DNA of 64,000 nt from Caecitellus pseudoparvulus (lineage: Eukaryota; Protista; Bigyra: Bicosoecida), in contig CBFFRQ010000069.1 in assembly GCA_965644315.1 (NCBI GenBank), positions 372,001 to 436,000 on the forward strand, read 5' to 3'. The notes beneath the pieces are model-generated. The model did not search any database, was not told where the DNA came from, and saw only the letters and a program-made list of their open reading frames with translations. Both the position numbers and the translations under genes were made by a program. Below, in pieces: positions 45,501 to 55,169 of this stretch; position 1 is the stretch's first letter, and each line of letters opens with the position of its first letter.

Positions 45501-46523
45501 GTCAAAGGCCGGTCCAGAGAAGCGGTGCCACCTGCTGCCACACTCGCGCTCATTGCCGAGGTGGCCGCAGGTGGAGGTGTGGACGGCAACGCAACGAGTC
45601 AAGATGCCCTGGCGCACATCGCTGCCATCATGCGACAGGCCAAGCCCATCCCTGCCATCAACACCACCGTCTTGACCATTCGTGGCTCGTTGCAAGGGTT
45701 TGACTGGGCGCAGAACGCGTTCGTGTGGGGCAACCAAGCCATGGTGCAGGGGCTGAGCTTCGTCGTGCCGTTTTTGTGGCCATTGCGCGCTTCTGAGGCT
45801 GACGTCAATCTTGTGGGCATCCTGGGAAGCCTGGAGCGAGCTGCCTTCACCGACTACGAAGAGCAGCCCCGGGCGTTCTACGTGCCTGTGGCGCGGCAGC
45901 TCACAGCCCTCGCTCTAGCCGTCCGTGAGGGTGCAGACTTGGCTGCGGCCTTGGCCCGCCTGTCCACCTCCCGCTCACCAGTGTACAATCACACACATGA
46001 ATTAGGAAGCTCCCTGGCTGTGACAGGTCATTCTCTGGGCGGAGGCGTGGCCATGATTGCCGGCCCGGCAGCCCAGGTCCCGGCCCACGCCTTCTCAGCA
46101 CCAGGGCCGCTCCTTGGGCGTTTGAAGTTTCAACGCGCAGTGCAAGCAGGCTGTCCAAATTGTGAGCCTGATCTCTCTGCTGCCTCCGTCGCCGCCCACG
46201 CGGCGAACGTAATGCCTGAAGGGGACATTGTGCCGTGGGTGGGTGGCCAGCCCACTCGCGCCGTGTCCGTTGGGTGTGGCGCCAACCCAGTGGCGTGCCA
46301 TCGCGTCGTGCGCACGATGTGCACGATGATGCAGTCGTGTGGCGATGTCTGGGGTCGAAACATGGTTTCGTTTGCCGAGCCGCCTGAAGAGCAGCCCGTG
46401 ACCATGTCGGAGTGCTGCATTCAAGGGCACTACTCAGACGACGCCGCGGCTTGCAAGGCCCTGCTCTGCTCCACACTGAACGCCCGCCCGGACCTGGACA
46501 CTACCTTGAGGCGCTTGTGCTAG
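42573..46523 (+). CDS. Class-3 lipase fused to a large Cys-rich multi-TM region
   Basis: LTIRGS..GFDW, VTGHSLGGG (GxSxG), FSAPG, GDIVP and CH; many TM segments upstream. Start uncertain (first in-frame ATG is 42804). Confidence 0.8.
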   Translation: MAPKRTSTVHVRRGFRHPNRLLVFGGDESERGSLSPPTPAGPEASVAAANSRAGTADHSVVLALQGYLQDTSLIQLEMSGGSISSIYATRTCPSPLSCQVLYQVALVLWVFASFLAWSIVAFNLLFVVIYGLFTRLDGEGEEEVGMSAAHLVRARGLAMLAALTPVLLYVLSLIAFHLWLAHDIFLDLTHTGQSVEFALARSCGCWGVLQPRSRVASCMRMLSWLLLAGLLALYCAVPVGVVLGMDASTILANSVIIVMAAVATLHALTTALFPCLRYCAFQADGVQDGHTSALHRSGQCCRELWLRGGLVCGNMLTGLLAARCICWSLQDDMDPQAELIAEDMDTYRAFGAQRRAEAADAAAAAAPQQPVHDAERYSVCCITVSPSHTGLWAPTSCVGMHRAATLLSLKLHRAPGASDVIVALLSTALAWTLLALFVNALFSPHVPLAALAVGATCSLLMLLCYLGTLFALWCTTREGDAVQQSCACIPCCSQLWAAARRASCLTRAQAAHAWFIFPQYRITAMAVLVGGMATLATQATDGSIATSSAGAAALVSAVVLLFVLPIAIGVFQSWQLGLRCCWCRCTGADQAPSVPCCLVDSLGRLQSHVCLTCGPTWAARSCASVWCWYSCGLVTVVTFIVLFGTSVFAALPAIWLAMLITTILYAFVLCNAVPTHSLNLTALASSSPGLQRWEAACSTARLEEVEDLRKAGASAEPAQPGPDGGDTADVGEVEVTVEQVEKRTPADAGMEVDNADAAEEWLPRKARTQVGTLPFASQQVPLNIQAGQTRGDTYTSRGMLAEDVNAFAASRTEAQREQYGKAHGGNSSFVDPIQTNVFIERHLRWKLVMPCFVFLCVLAFLLISLVDQGVRREGGAFEGWSDASRPILPQPGHDEPALAVCGDSDGGLTPLDFALLSKAVYLGANPDAYGEALRQLLPGMNVTLHRLAPERLHEPLYSVLTLKRPAGTSPQDVLDLVKGRSREAVPPAATLALIAEVAAGGGVDGNATSQDALAHIAAIMRQAKPIPAINTTVLTIRGSLQGFDWAQNAFVWGNQAMVQGLSFVVPFLWPLRASEADVNLVGILGSLERAAFTDYEEQPRAFYVPVARQLTALALAVREGADLAAALARLSTSRSPVYNHTHELGSSLAVTGHSLGGGVAMIAGPAAQVPAHAFSAPGPLLGRLKFQRAVQAGCPNCEPDLSAASVAAHAANVMPEGDIVPWVGGQPTRAVSVGCGANPVACHRVVRTMCTMMQSCGDVWGRNMVSFAEPPEEQPVTMSECCIQGHYSDDAAACKALLCSTLNARPDLDTTLRRLC

Positions 46524-47243
46524 GCTTCCCTCCTGCTGTGCTGTCCACGCCAATGTTAGCCCGCAAGGCACAAGTGGAAGGCTGGGCCGGTGCGTCTGCT
46601 GCAGTTTTCGTAATCCCCAGCCTACGCGCGGCCCACCACTCGTACATCGCATCGGCAACTTGTAGCACACCAGGGACGTGCACGAGTGGGGCCAAGAGCC
46701 TGAACCCAGGCAAGTGCTCCCAGGTCACGAAGAACCCCGAGGCGCCGATGTGCAGCTTTCCATCTTTGTGGTCCAGGACGTGCAAGCGGCGGACGGTGTC
46801 CCCGTGTGCGACGCCCCGCTCCGCAAGCTCAGGGGCGAGGCCTTCTCTTGAAATGTCAAAGTACCGAATCTTGTTCCTGTTGAAGCACGGGTGCGCAGGT
46901 GGCGTGGTGCGCCACAGGTGACGTCAGGAGCGCACTTGTCTCACTCTTTGTCAAGCTTGCGGTATGTCTTGACCTCTCGCGTACAGAGCGGACAGCCACC
47001 GTCATAATACATCGTGGCAGCGTACTGCTTCGCTGCGGCGTGGGGATTGTGTGGCCTCCACTTGGACGACATGGCGTAAGACGCTTCATCTGCAAAATCC
47101 GCATCCGAGTCCCTGCGGTCATTCGGTGCTCCGCCAATGCTGGAGAGCGCAAAACCTCGGTGGCATGCACGCAAGAGAGGGACACTGTTGGTTCCAGCTG
47201 CTCGGGCAGCATTAGCTGCACCTCTGCAGGCTGAGGACAGCAT
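46501..47243 (-). CDS. DCC1-like thiol-disulfide oxidoreductase (DUF393), one intron
   Basis: MYYDGGCPLC (DxxCxxC), RLHVLD...G...F...WEHLPG and YEWWAARR. Confidence 0.85.
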
Positions 47244-47379
47244 GTTGTGTGCTCACAACCAACACGCCGGACTTGGTAGAGGCGGAGGAAGAGACAAGGT
47301 TCGCAGGCGCAACTCCTGTTACCATGCAATGCTCTGCTGGAGGGTGAATTGTGCAAAGCGTTTTGTTTTTTGTGCGCCA

Positions 47380-50300
47380 TCACCGCTGCGCGCGCCTGCC
47401 GCTGTGTGCTGGAGGGGGGGGCTGCCCAGCCTCAGACGAACCGATCGCAGACACAAGCCTTGTGGTGAAGTGGCTAAACTTCAGCTGCAGGATGGCAGCA
47501 TGTTGTGGTGTGTTGGGGCAGAGGGCCTCAAATCCCATGGCAGCTGCCTCTGGCACTTCTCCGCTGAACGCGGCTGCCCGCCCGCCCTGCGTCAGCCGAG
47601 CTTCGTGCTGCGCTACTTGCTCAGGGACCACCCCGTACGGTGTCGGGGCCGTCCCAAACGTAGCTCTCGCCAGCAGCTGCTGCCACTCAGCAGGCGTGCG
47701 CCCTTCTCGCTCCGCTGTTTGGAGCAAGGCGCCCAAAGCAGAGTGGTCTACAGCCATGGGTGCGACGATGCCGAGCGTGTGCCGCATGAGCTGAGTCTTC
47801 AACTCGCGGTCCAGCGAAGTTCCACAAGCAAGGCTTGGACTGGCGTTCACCTCGATCAGCCATGCTTTCCCGCTGGAATCCAGCATAACATCGAAACCGT
47901 ACAGCTCAAAGGCGCTGGGCTGGTGCGGAATGACATCGTCCACGCACACCAAGCTCTTGAGGATGCAGAGCTTAACTGCAGCCCACAGAGCTGCCGCGTC
48001 GCCGCCCCGCTCCCGGACAAGGCGCCAGAGAAAGGCCAAGCTGCACTTGTAGCCAGCCGTCTCGTTCTCGCTTCCAGAGGACAAGAAAGGCAAGCTCGTC
48101 CCTGCGTGCTTCTGCACAGAGCTATTTGTCAGGTGCACGAAGCGGTCAGCCATGCCCCCTGCTGATGTCGTGTACGGCTTTGTGCTGAAACGAGCCAGTC
48201 CATTACTGTACACAAACGCCTGGAGAGGGGAAAAGGACGTCACCAACACGTACACCCGCAAGTCAAACTTGTACCCCTCCAGCAACATGGGGTCCGACAG
48301 GTACCGCTGAATGACGGCGGCCTCGCTGAAGTTCACGGCTTCAATGTCGCGGATGACGCGGATGCCCCGGCCACAGCTACTGTTTAGTGGCTTCACGATC
48401 CACATCCCTGACGCTGTGGGGTGCTGGCCCTGCTCTCCTGAGATAGGGCCACCCTTCGTGCTGCCGCCACGCTCAGCGAGCACCGCATCTCGTCCGTACG
48501 CCTCCGCAAAAGCCATGTACTGCCCAGGGAGGACGTACGTTGAAGGCATGACATGAAAGGCAGAGGCCATTCGGCCTCCCAGGACCATGTATCGAGCCAG
48601 GTTGCGCTGAAGGCTGTCCTTGCGAGTCAGCTCACCATGCCGCAGAAAGTGGTTGGTGCGTTGCCAGAGACCCATGAGGCCGGTGGGTGGCGCGTGCTTG
48701 CGGGCCCCCCAATACAGCCACACTGTGCTCGTTGCACAGAGAACTGTGCTAGCTGAGAGCTGTGCGTGCTGCTCGTCGCTGGCCGTCGTGCCTCTTCGTG
48801 GCGCATGAGCGACGGCACTTCGGAGGGCCGCACGCGGCAGCGGCAACCACACGACCCGCAGCATGGATGCCTCCACACTGCCATCAGTAAACACAGCACG
48901 GGAGGTCCCAGATACAAGGGGGAGTGGCAGGCGCAGTCCAGGGGGCAAGTGCACCCACATGTCGGCACCCGGCGCTTGCAGCGCTCGTGCGAGCAGCTGT
49001 GTCACCCTGCGCCCCGAGGCGTGATAAAATCGTGGTAGCACAAAGTAGCGGTCCTCCGGAGTGTGCATCAGGGGTGCCAAGACTCCAGGCGCGTCTTGGT
49101 CCGCCCGTTCTTCTTCGTCAGAGTCTGCTCCGACTCCACACGCGTCGGCGGCTATTGCCGGAGCTGCCGCTGCTGCACAGGCCTCCAGGCAAACACGACG
49201 CAGCACGGGGGCGGCAGCAACCAGCGCAGCTCCCACAGTCGACACTGTGTGTCGCAACGATGCTGTGGCGGTCGCCGATGGGGGCTGTGTGCTGCCTTGC
49301 GTCGATCGGGATCGGGCAGCCTTTCCCGCAAGCCCACCGCCGCCGCCGCCGATCGACCCGCTACCCACTGCTCCTGGAAACAGCCCAGCCACGGTGGGGG
49401 CAACTGCGGACAGTGGCGACTCGAAGTTTGCAGGAATGGGCGCCAGTTCTGGGCTGTCTTCAGCCGGGAGGTTCGGCTCCAGATCTGAGGCGAGCGTGAC
49501 CTCCACATCAGAGCCTGTAGTGGCGGAGTCCTCGCCCACAGAGCTGTCGCAAGAATCACGGTGCCCACATGCGTGCGTGTCTGCCAGGTCCCGTGCAGAG
49601 AACCGTGCATCTTGCCTGCGCAGCGCTTCGGCGGCACTCGGCAACGCCACTGTCGACGCAGCGAAGCCCACTGTGCCAACCTTTGCGATGCTGACTGTGG
49701 TTGTGGTTGCAGAAGCCGCTGCAGCAGAACCCACGCTGTGAGGTGGACAAGGGGCGTCACCTGGCGGCGGTGGAGACGGTGGCCGGCTCATGACAGCCAC
49801 AGGTGCTGCCTCTCCAGGCAAGAGCGATGTGGGGGATTGAGAACGGGGCGAAGAGGCGTGCAATCCACCCAACGACGCAGCAGCGGCACCTGTCAGCTCC
49901 GTACAGCTGGTTTTATGTGCTCCCTTCAACGTCGCCTCGTCTGAGCTGGCGTGCCCGTCGCCCTGCTCTTCCATCGTGCTGTGTAACAGGGCCGACGTTG
50001 GCTGCCTGCCAACCGCGGCTGCCTTGAAACAAGCTGAAGACTGCAGCTCGTCATCTACAATGTCCAGCCCTTGTGAATCAAGGCCGCAGTCACCTGACCT
50101 GAGCACGGGAGACGGACGCTCCGCTTCCCGCTGATCCGGGGTGGACTCTTGCTCACTGTGCTGGGTCCCTGACACCTGCGCTGGCCCGCTGCGAGCAGGC
50201 GAAGGCGCGTCCTGGCCCGTTCCATCTTCGCCTGAAGACCTGCACTCGCTGAGAACACTGCCGACCACCTCAGGTATTTGCGGCGCTTTTGGAGCTGCTG

Positions 50301-51497
50301 ACGTCCCTGAGCGGGCGCTCACACGCTGCACATGCTCAGCCCCTGCCGCACCGCTTTGCGCATCGCTGTCACACCTAGCTTCGCCTTGCAGTGGTTCACC
50401 ACCTGCCGGTCCTCTGCCCTTGTCGGCTTCTCCTTGTGCTCGCGATGTTGTTGGGACCTGTTCAGTGGCCGCAGAGTCTGGTGCAGCGGTTTTGCCGGTG
50501 GAGCTAGCGCCAGTCGTTGGCCCGGGCTGGGAAGTGGACACCGTTTTTGATGTGGGCTTTCCTTTGATTCTCGGTTTTTTCTTGGGCTTCGGCTTCGGCT
50601 TCGCGGCACCTGGACCCCAGTTCCGCTTGGGCCTGGTGCGACGCGTTGCCGAGACAACATAGGTTCCGTCACCCCACGCAGACACTTCTTTGTGCACAAA
50701 TGTTGCGGCTTGCACGCCTTTCTTTCGTCTAGGAGGTGCTGTGCTTGTCGTGGACTTGGCGCGTCGCAAGGGCCGAGTCTTGCTAGGCGCCGGGGGCTTG
50801 TCCGGCCCTGACGCCACAGGGGAGGGTGGAACTGGCGACGGGGCCCGCACACCACTTGGAGTAGACAGGGGTCGGGGAACTTCTGACCTTGCTTTGCTCG
50901 GCTTGCTGGCTGTTGCTGCACGCCGCCCAAAGAGCGGAGCTTGCACTGCCGGCTCCGTCGGTGCTGGGACGGGTGAGCCAGCCGGCGACAGCGGGGCAGC
51001 AGCAGGAGTATGGCTCGACTTGACAGCCCGCTGGACGGCTGCTGCTTCATCCCTTGAAATCGTTATGAACTCCCCTTCTTTGAGTTTGTCTGCGGCGTCA
51101 GCGTCACCAGAGAGCAACGCATGCACCCTGGCTGCCGCGAAGCGTTGGGCCAGCTCGGCGTCCATGGCTTCCAGCTGGCGGTGCATGAAGTCTTTCATGG
51201 AATCAAGCTGTGCAAAGGGGAAATCCTGCGTGGTCAGCGATGTTCGTGCCGCAGCAAGGCCTGTGGACTGGCACTCACGCTGGAGGCAGCCGAGTCGCCT
51301 GCGACAGTCACCAGTGTCTGTAGCTCCAACCTTGACCGTTCAAGCCAGTGAGTCCCAGTGGAGGGCACATCAGACAAAGGAATGAGTGGCCACATTTCCA
51401 TGCTGGGCTTGCCAGGTTCCTCAACTACCGCAGCCTGCTCGGGGCCGGGCAGGGAAGGCGGCCGCCACAGGCTGCCTGGCTCTGCCATGGATGCCAT
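47380..51497 (-). CDS. Tubulin polyglutamylase (TTLL4/5-like) with long disordered N-terminus
   Basis: NHF...LTRKDSL, WIVKPLNSSCGRGI, QRYLSDPMLLEGYKFDLRVYVLVT, HLTNSS and FELYGFDVMLD...WLIEVNASPSL. The 5' exon is uncertain. Confidence 0.9.
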
Positions 51498-52226
51498 CGT
51501 GAAGGCTGCAGGCGGTCACGGCAGCGTCGCGGCTGCCATGAGGGAGGCATGGGGGGGACGAGTGGACAACTGTGAAGGGGGCGTCCCTTCGCTGCCTCGC
51601 CAGCCGATAGCCTTTGACAGCGGGCCGGGACTGCATCTCTGCTGGTGGTTTGCACGCACTGTGGCCGGCACGAGACGTCGGTGAAACAGGCAGGTGCCAC
51701 GGGCCCTGTGCGGGAGAACACTGCGTCAAAATCCAGACACATCCACTCCCAGGGTTGCAAGAGCGCGCTTACGCTGGAGACCAGCGTCGAACTTGCTGCA
51801 GGGCCTGGCTCTCGAACCAGACTGCCCATCGCGGGTCTGGCACGCTGACACCAGTAGCCATGTCTGGCATGGAGCCCCCGCCCCCGAGGTGCGCTGCTTG
51901 CCCTCATGCCTTGCGAGTCTTTTGCTTGGTGCCATGTCCACCCTCGCTCCCGCACAGGTCTGCGGCTCAAGACATGGCCGCGTCAGGAGCAAAGGTGTGT
52001 GCAGCTTCCGTTGCGGTGCAAACGGCTGCGGTGACACTGCACGCCCCACCACTGGACACCGCCACCGAGCAACACACCATGTTCCCGTGATGTGCACAGA
52101 AACCTCACCCTTCAGTCCGGCTGTCGTCCCCTGCGCCGACACAGAGGTGTGTGAAGCGCTGCGGGGCATGCATTGCGGAGTTTGGCGCGGGCAGCGTTTC
52201 ACCCACGTGCCTCCCGCAGCACCAAG

Positions 52227-55106
52227 ATGTCCATCGCTTCAGGGCTACCAAACAAGAAGCTGAGTTTCAGCGCCACGCTGCCTTCCCCTGCGGCACTTGC
52301 GCTGGCAAAACAGCGAATGTCGGCTGCAAATGCCCAACTGCGCAAGCGAGCGGCGGCATCTGAGGTGGCGGCCGAGGCAGCAGCACAGCCTCTGGAGGTG
52401 TTCCTTCGCATCCGCCCATTCACCTCGGCAGAGAGCAGCTCCCCTGCTGAACCTACGCTGACTTGCGCGGACGACGACAAGACAGTGCTGGTCAAGGGGC
52501 CTGATGGCGGTCCTGAAGCCACGTTTGCGTTCACGGGCGTTCTTGGCCCAGCAGCAGCCCAAGAGGAGGTGTACTCCCGTGTGCTGGCGGACAAAGTCAA
52601 GGGCGCGACAGAGGAGGGCAAGAACATGCTCGTCTTTGCGTACGGCATGACCAACGCCGGCAAGACGTACACCGTCTCGGGCAGTGAGGAGGCACCCGGC
52701 CTGCTGCCCCGCGCCCTGCAGCAGGTCTTTGACTCGGTGGCTGGCCGCGACATGCAGGTGACGGTGAGCTACATGGAGATCTACAACGAGCTCATCTATG
52801 ACTTGCTGGCACACACCGGCAGCAGCACGGGCGGCGCTGCGCCTCCTCGCCCCCGCATGGCGCTGAAGGTGCGGCAGGGGCGTGACGGGCGGGCGTACGT
52901 TCGAGGCATGCGCACCATCAGTGTGGGCAGCCTGGAGGGGGCGCTGGGCCTCATGGCAGAGGGGGGGCGGAACAAGGCCATGGCCGAGACGCACATGAAC
53001 AGCGAGTCCTCCCGCTCGCACACCGTCTTCACCATCTCCCTGTTCAAGAAGACACCCACGGCGGAGGGGGAGGAGGGCGGCACGTCCGCCAAGGCTGCCT
53101 CCGGGCACCTCGCCGGCATGCAGCTGTACTCCCGCTTGTGCGTGGTGGACTTGGCAGGGTCTGAGCGAGCCTCACGCACACAGGCCCAGGGCCGCCGCCT
53201 GCGCGAGGCTGGGCGCATCAACAACTCCCTCTCCGTGCTGGGGCGGTGCCTGGACGTCATGCGAGCCAACTCGGCGGCCCTCGCCACAGGCAAGTCCGCA
53301 GAGTCCCTCGCCCGCGTGCCGTGGCGTGAGAGCAAGCTGACAGAGGTCTTCGCGGACATGCTGGGGGGGGCAAGCACGGGGGCGACGGTCATGATGCTGA
53401 ACGCAGGGCCCCACCCCAAGGACTACGACGAGACCCTGCACGCCCTGCGGTACGGCTGCAAGGCGGGTGAAGTCAAGGTTGCCGCCGCCTCCCGTGTCTC
53501 CTCCAGGTGGGCGCCTGGCACGTACGGGTATGATGGGCGCCGCAAGCGCCCCGCCGGCAGCAAGGCGGCAGCACCCGCGCCAGCTGCTGCCCCCGCCCCG
53601 CAGCCCGGCGCAGGGAAGGCCAAGGCCAAGGCACCTCCTGTGCCTGCAGTTGGCCTGGTGCCTGTGAGGGAAGGGGGAGTTCGCCCCACCGCGGATGTGA
53701 CGGTGGCGTTGACGACGCCAGATGCGGATGCGGCCATTGCAGCGGCTGTTGCCGCCGCCCGGGCCCAGTGGGAGGACGAGCAAGCAGACCTACTGAACGA
53801 GCGCAACGACTTGCTGGATGAGATGGCAGACCTGCGTGCCAGCAACGAGGCCATGGCCGCTGAGCTGGAGGAGGCGCTGGACCGGGCGGCCACCATTGAG
53901 GCTGAGGTGCGGGCAGAGGCCAGCAGTGAGATGGCAGCGCAGTTGGAGGCCATGCAGGCTGACTTCGAGGCGCTGTCAGAGCAGGCGCACACCGCCGGCG
54001 CCGACAGGGAGGTGGCCATCGTGTCCCTGACCGCACGCAAGGTCGCCACTGGTCGCAAGCGGCGGCGGCGCGGCGGGGCCGCCACACGCCCCTCCATCCA
54101 CCCCCTCGTCCTGGACAGTGATGACGAGGAAGGCGCTCGGTGTGCGCCTGACAGTGCCACGGCAGTGGACGCGGCTGGCACTGCTGGGCGCCGCGGCTCC
54201 AGCCTCGGTGGCGCCACCACCAGCACAGAAGACAGCGAAGTGCGAGACCTCGCGGAGCAGGTCGCAGAGTGCGAGGCAGAGCTCGTGCGCCAGCAGGCCC
54301 GCCACGCTGCAGAGGTGGCTGAGCTGAAGGAGAGCTTGAGCGGTGCCCAAGATGCCCTTCTCCTGGCTCGCAAGGCGGCAGAGGAGGCCAACGCACGTGC
54401 CGAGGCAGCCCGCGAGGCGGCAGAGAAGGCCGAGTTCGCGCTGGAGGAGGAGCGCCTGGACATGGAGGAGCAGGTGGCGGAGGCCCAACAGCGCGTGGAG
54501 GAGCTGGAGAGCAAGGTGCAGGCCCTGCAGGCTTCAGCCAGTGCCGCGGGCTCCGCCTCGGCAGCTCGCAAGAGGGGCCGGACAGGGCCTGCAGAGGCTG
54601 TGTCCCCTGCCAAGGCGCCCAAGGCCACGGAAGCCGCATCCCCTGCCAGCTCCCGAGGCAGCCCCGCGCCAGAAGTGGTCCTGGCAGGCTCGGAGGAGGA
54701 CAGTGAGGATGATGCTGTGTCAGAGTTGCCAGAGGACGAGGAGGAGGACGAGGTGCAGGAAGTGCTGTCTCCGCCCAAACCCCGTGCGCTGCGGTCCAGC
54801 ACCGCAGGCAACAAGGCCGCTGCGGGCAAGCGCCGCGCCTCTCGGCGCTCCACTCGTTCCTCAGCCGCCCAGCCCTCCATGCCGCTGCCCGAGTCCCCGG
54901 CAGCTGATGGAGATGCCTCGGACAGCGGCTCCGAGTCGTTCGCGACAGCGCTGGAGTTGGATGTGCCAGGGACGCCCGAGGAGGAGCCTGCTCCGGCCGC
55001 CAAGGGCCGGCGCAGCAAGAAGGGGCGCACGCCCAGCATCGCCAAGCGCAGGTCGCGCAGGCGAGCTGCGAGCGAAGCCAGCGAGGCCATTGCCCGCATG
55101 GCGTGA
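52227..55106 (+). CDS. Kinesin motor protein, kinesin-6-like P-loop
   Basis: VFLRIRP, FAYGMTNAGKTYT, SYMEIYNE, NSESSRSH, VDLAGSER and VPWRESKLT, followed by a coiled-coil stalk and basic tail. Confidence 0.92.
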   Translation: MSIASGLPNKKLSFSATLPSPAALALAKQRMSAANAQLRKRAAASEVAAEAAAQPLEVFLRIRPFTSAESSSPAEPTLTCADDDKTVLVKGPDGGPEATFAFTGVLGPAAAQEEVYSRVLADKVKGATEEGKNMLVFAYGMTNAGKTYTVSGSEEAPGLLPRALQQVFDSVAGRDMQVTVSYMEIYNELIYDLLAHTGSSTGGAAPPRPRMALKVRQGRDGRAYVRGMRTISVGSLEGALGLMAEGGRNKAMAETHMNSESSRSHTVFTISLFKKTPTAEGEEGGTSAKAASGHLAGMQLYSRLCVVDLAGSERASRTQAQGRRLREAGRINNSLSVLGRCLDVMRANSAALATGKSAESLARVPWRESKLTEVFADMLGGASTGATVMMLNAGPHPKDYDETLHALRYGCKAGEVKVAAASRVSSRWAPGTYGYDGRRKRPAGSKAAAPAPAAAPAPQPGAGKAKAKAPPVPAVGLVPVREGGVRPTADVTVALTTPDADAAIAAAVAAARAQWEDEQADLLNERNDLLDEMADLRASNEAMAAELEEALDRAATIEAEVRAEASSEMAAQLEAMQADFEALSEQAHTAGADREVAIVSLTARKVATGRKRRRRGGAATRPSIHPLVLDSDDEEGARCAPDSATAVDAAGTAGRRGSSLGGATTSTEDSEVRDLAEQVAECEAELVRQQARHAAEVAELKESLSGAQDALLLARKAAEEANARAEAAREAAEKAEFALEEERLDMEEQVAEAQQRVEELESKVQALQASASAAGSASAARKRGRTGPAEAVSPAKAPKATEAASPASSRGSPAPEVVLAGSEEDSEDDAVSELPEDEEEDEVQEVLSPPKPRALRSSTAGNKAAAGKRRASRRSTRSSAAQPSMPLPESPAADGDASDSGSESFATALELDVPGTPEEEPAPAAKGRRSKKGRTPSIAKRRSRRRAASEASEAIARMA

Positions 55107-55136
55107 GGCTGCACGCGGCTTGGGCGGTGTGCAGGC

Positions 55137-55148
55137 ACAATGCATTGT
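55137..55148. terminator. Palindrome ACAATGCATTGT between convergent kinesin and EFHC1 genes
   Basis: 12-bp perfect palindrome near the middle of the 63-bp gap between the stops. Function is inferred. Confidence 0.5.
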
Positions 55149-55169
55149 CAGAGAGACGGCCTGGCGGGC

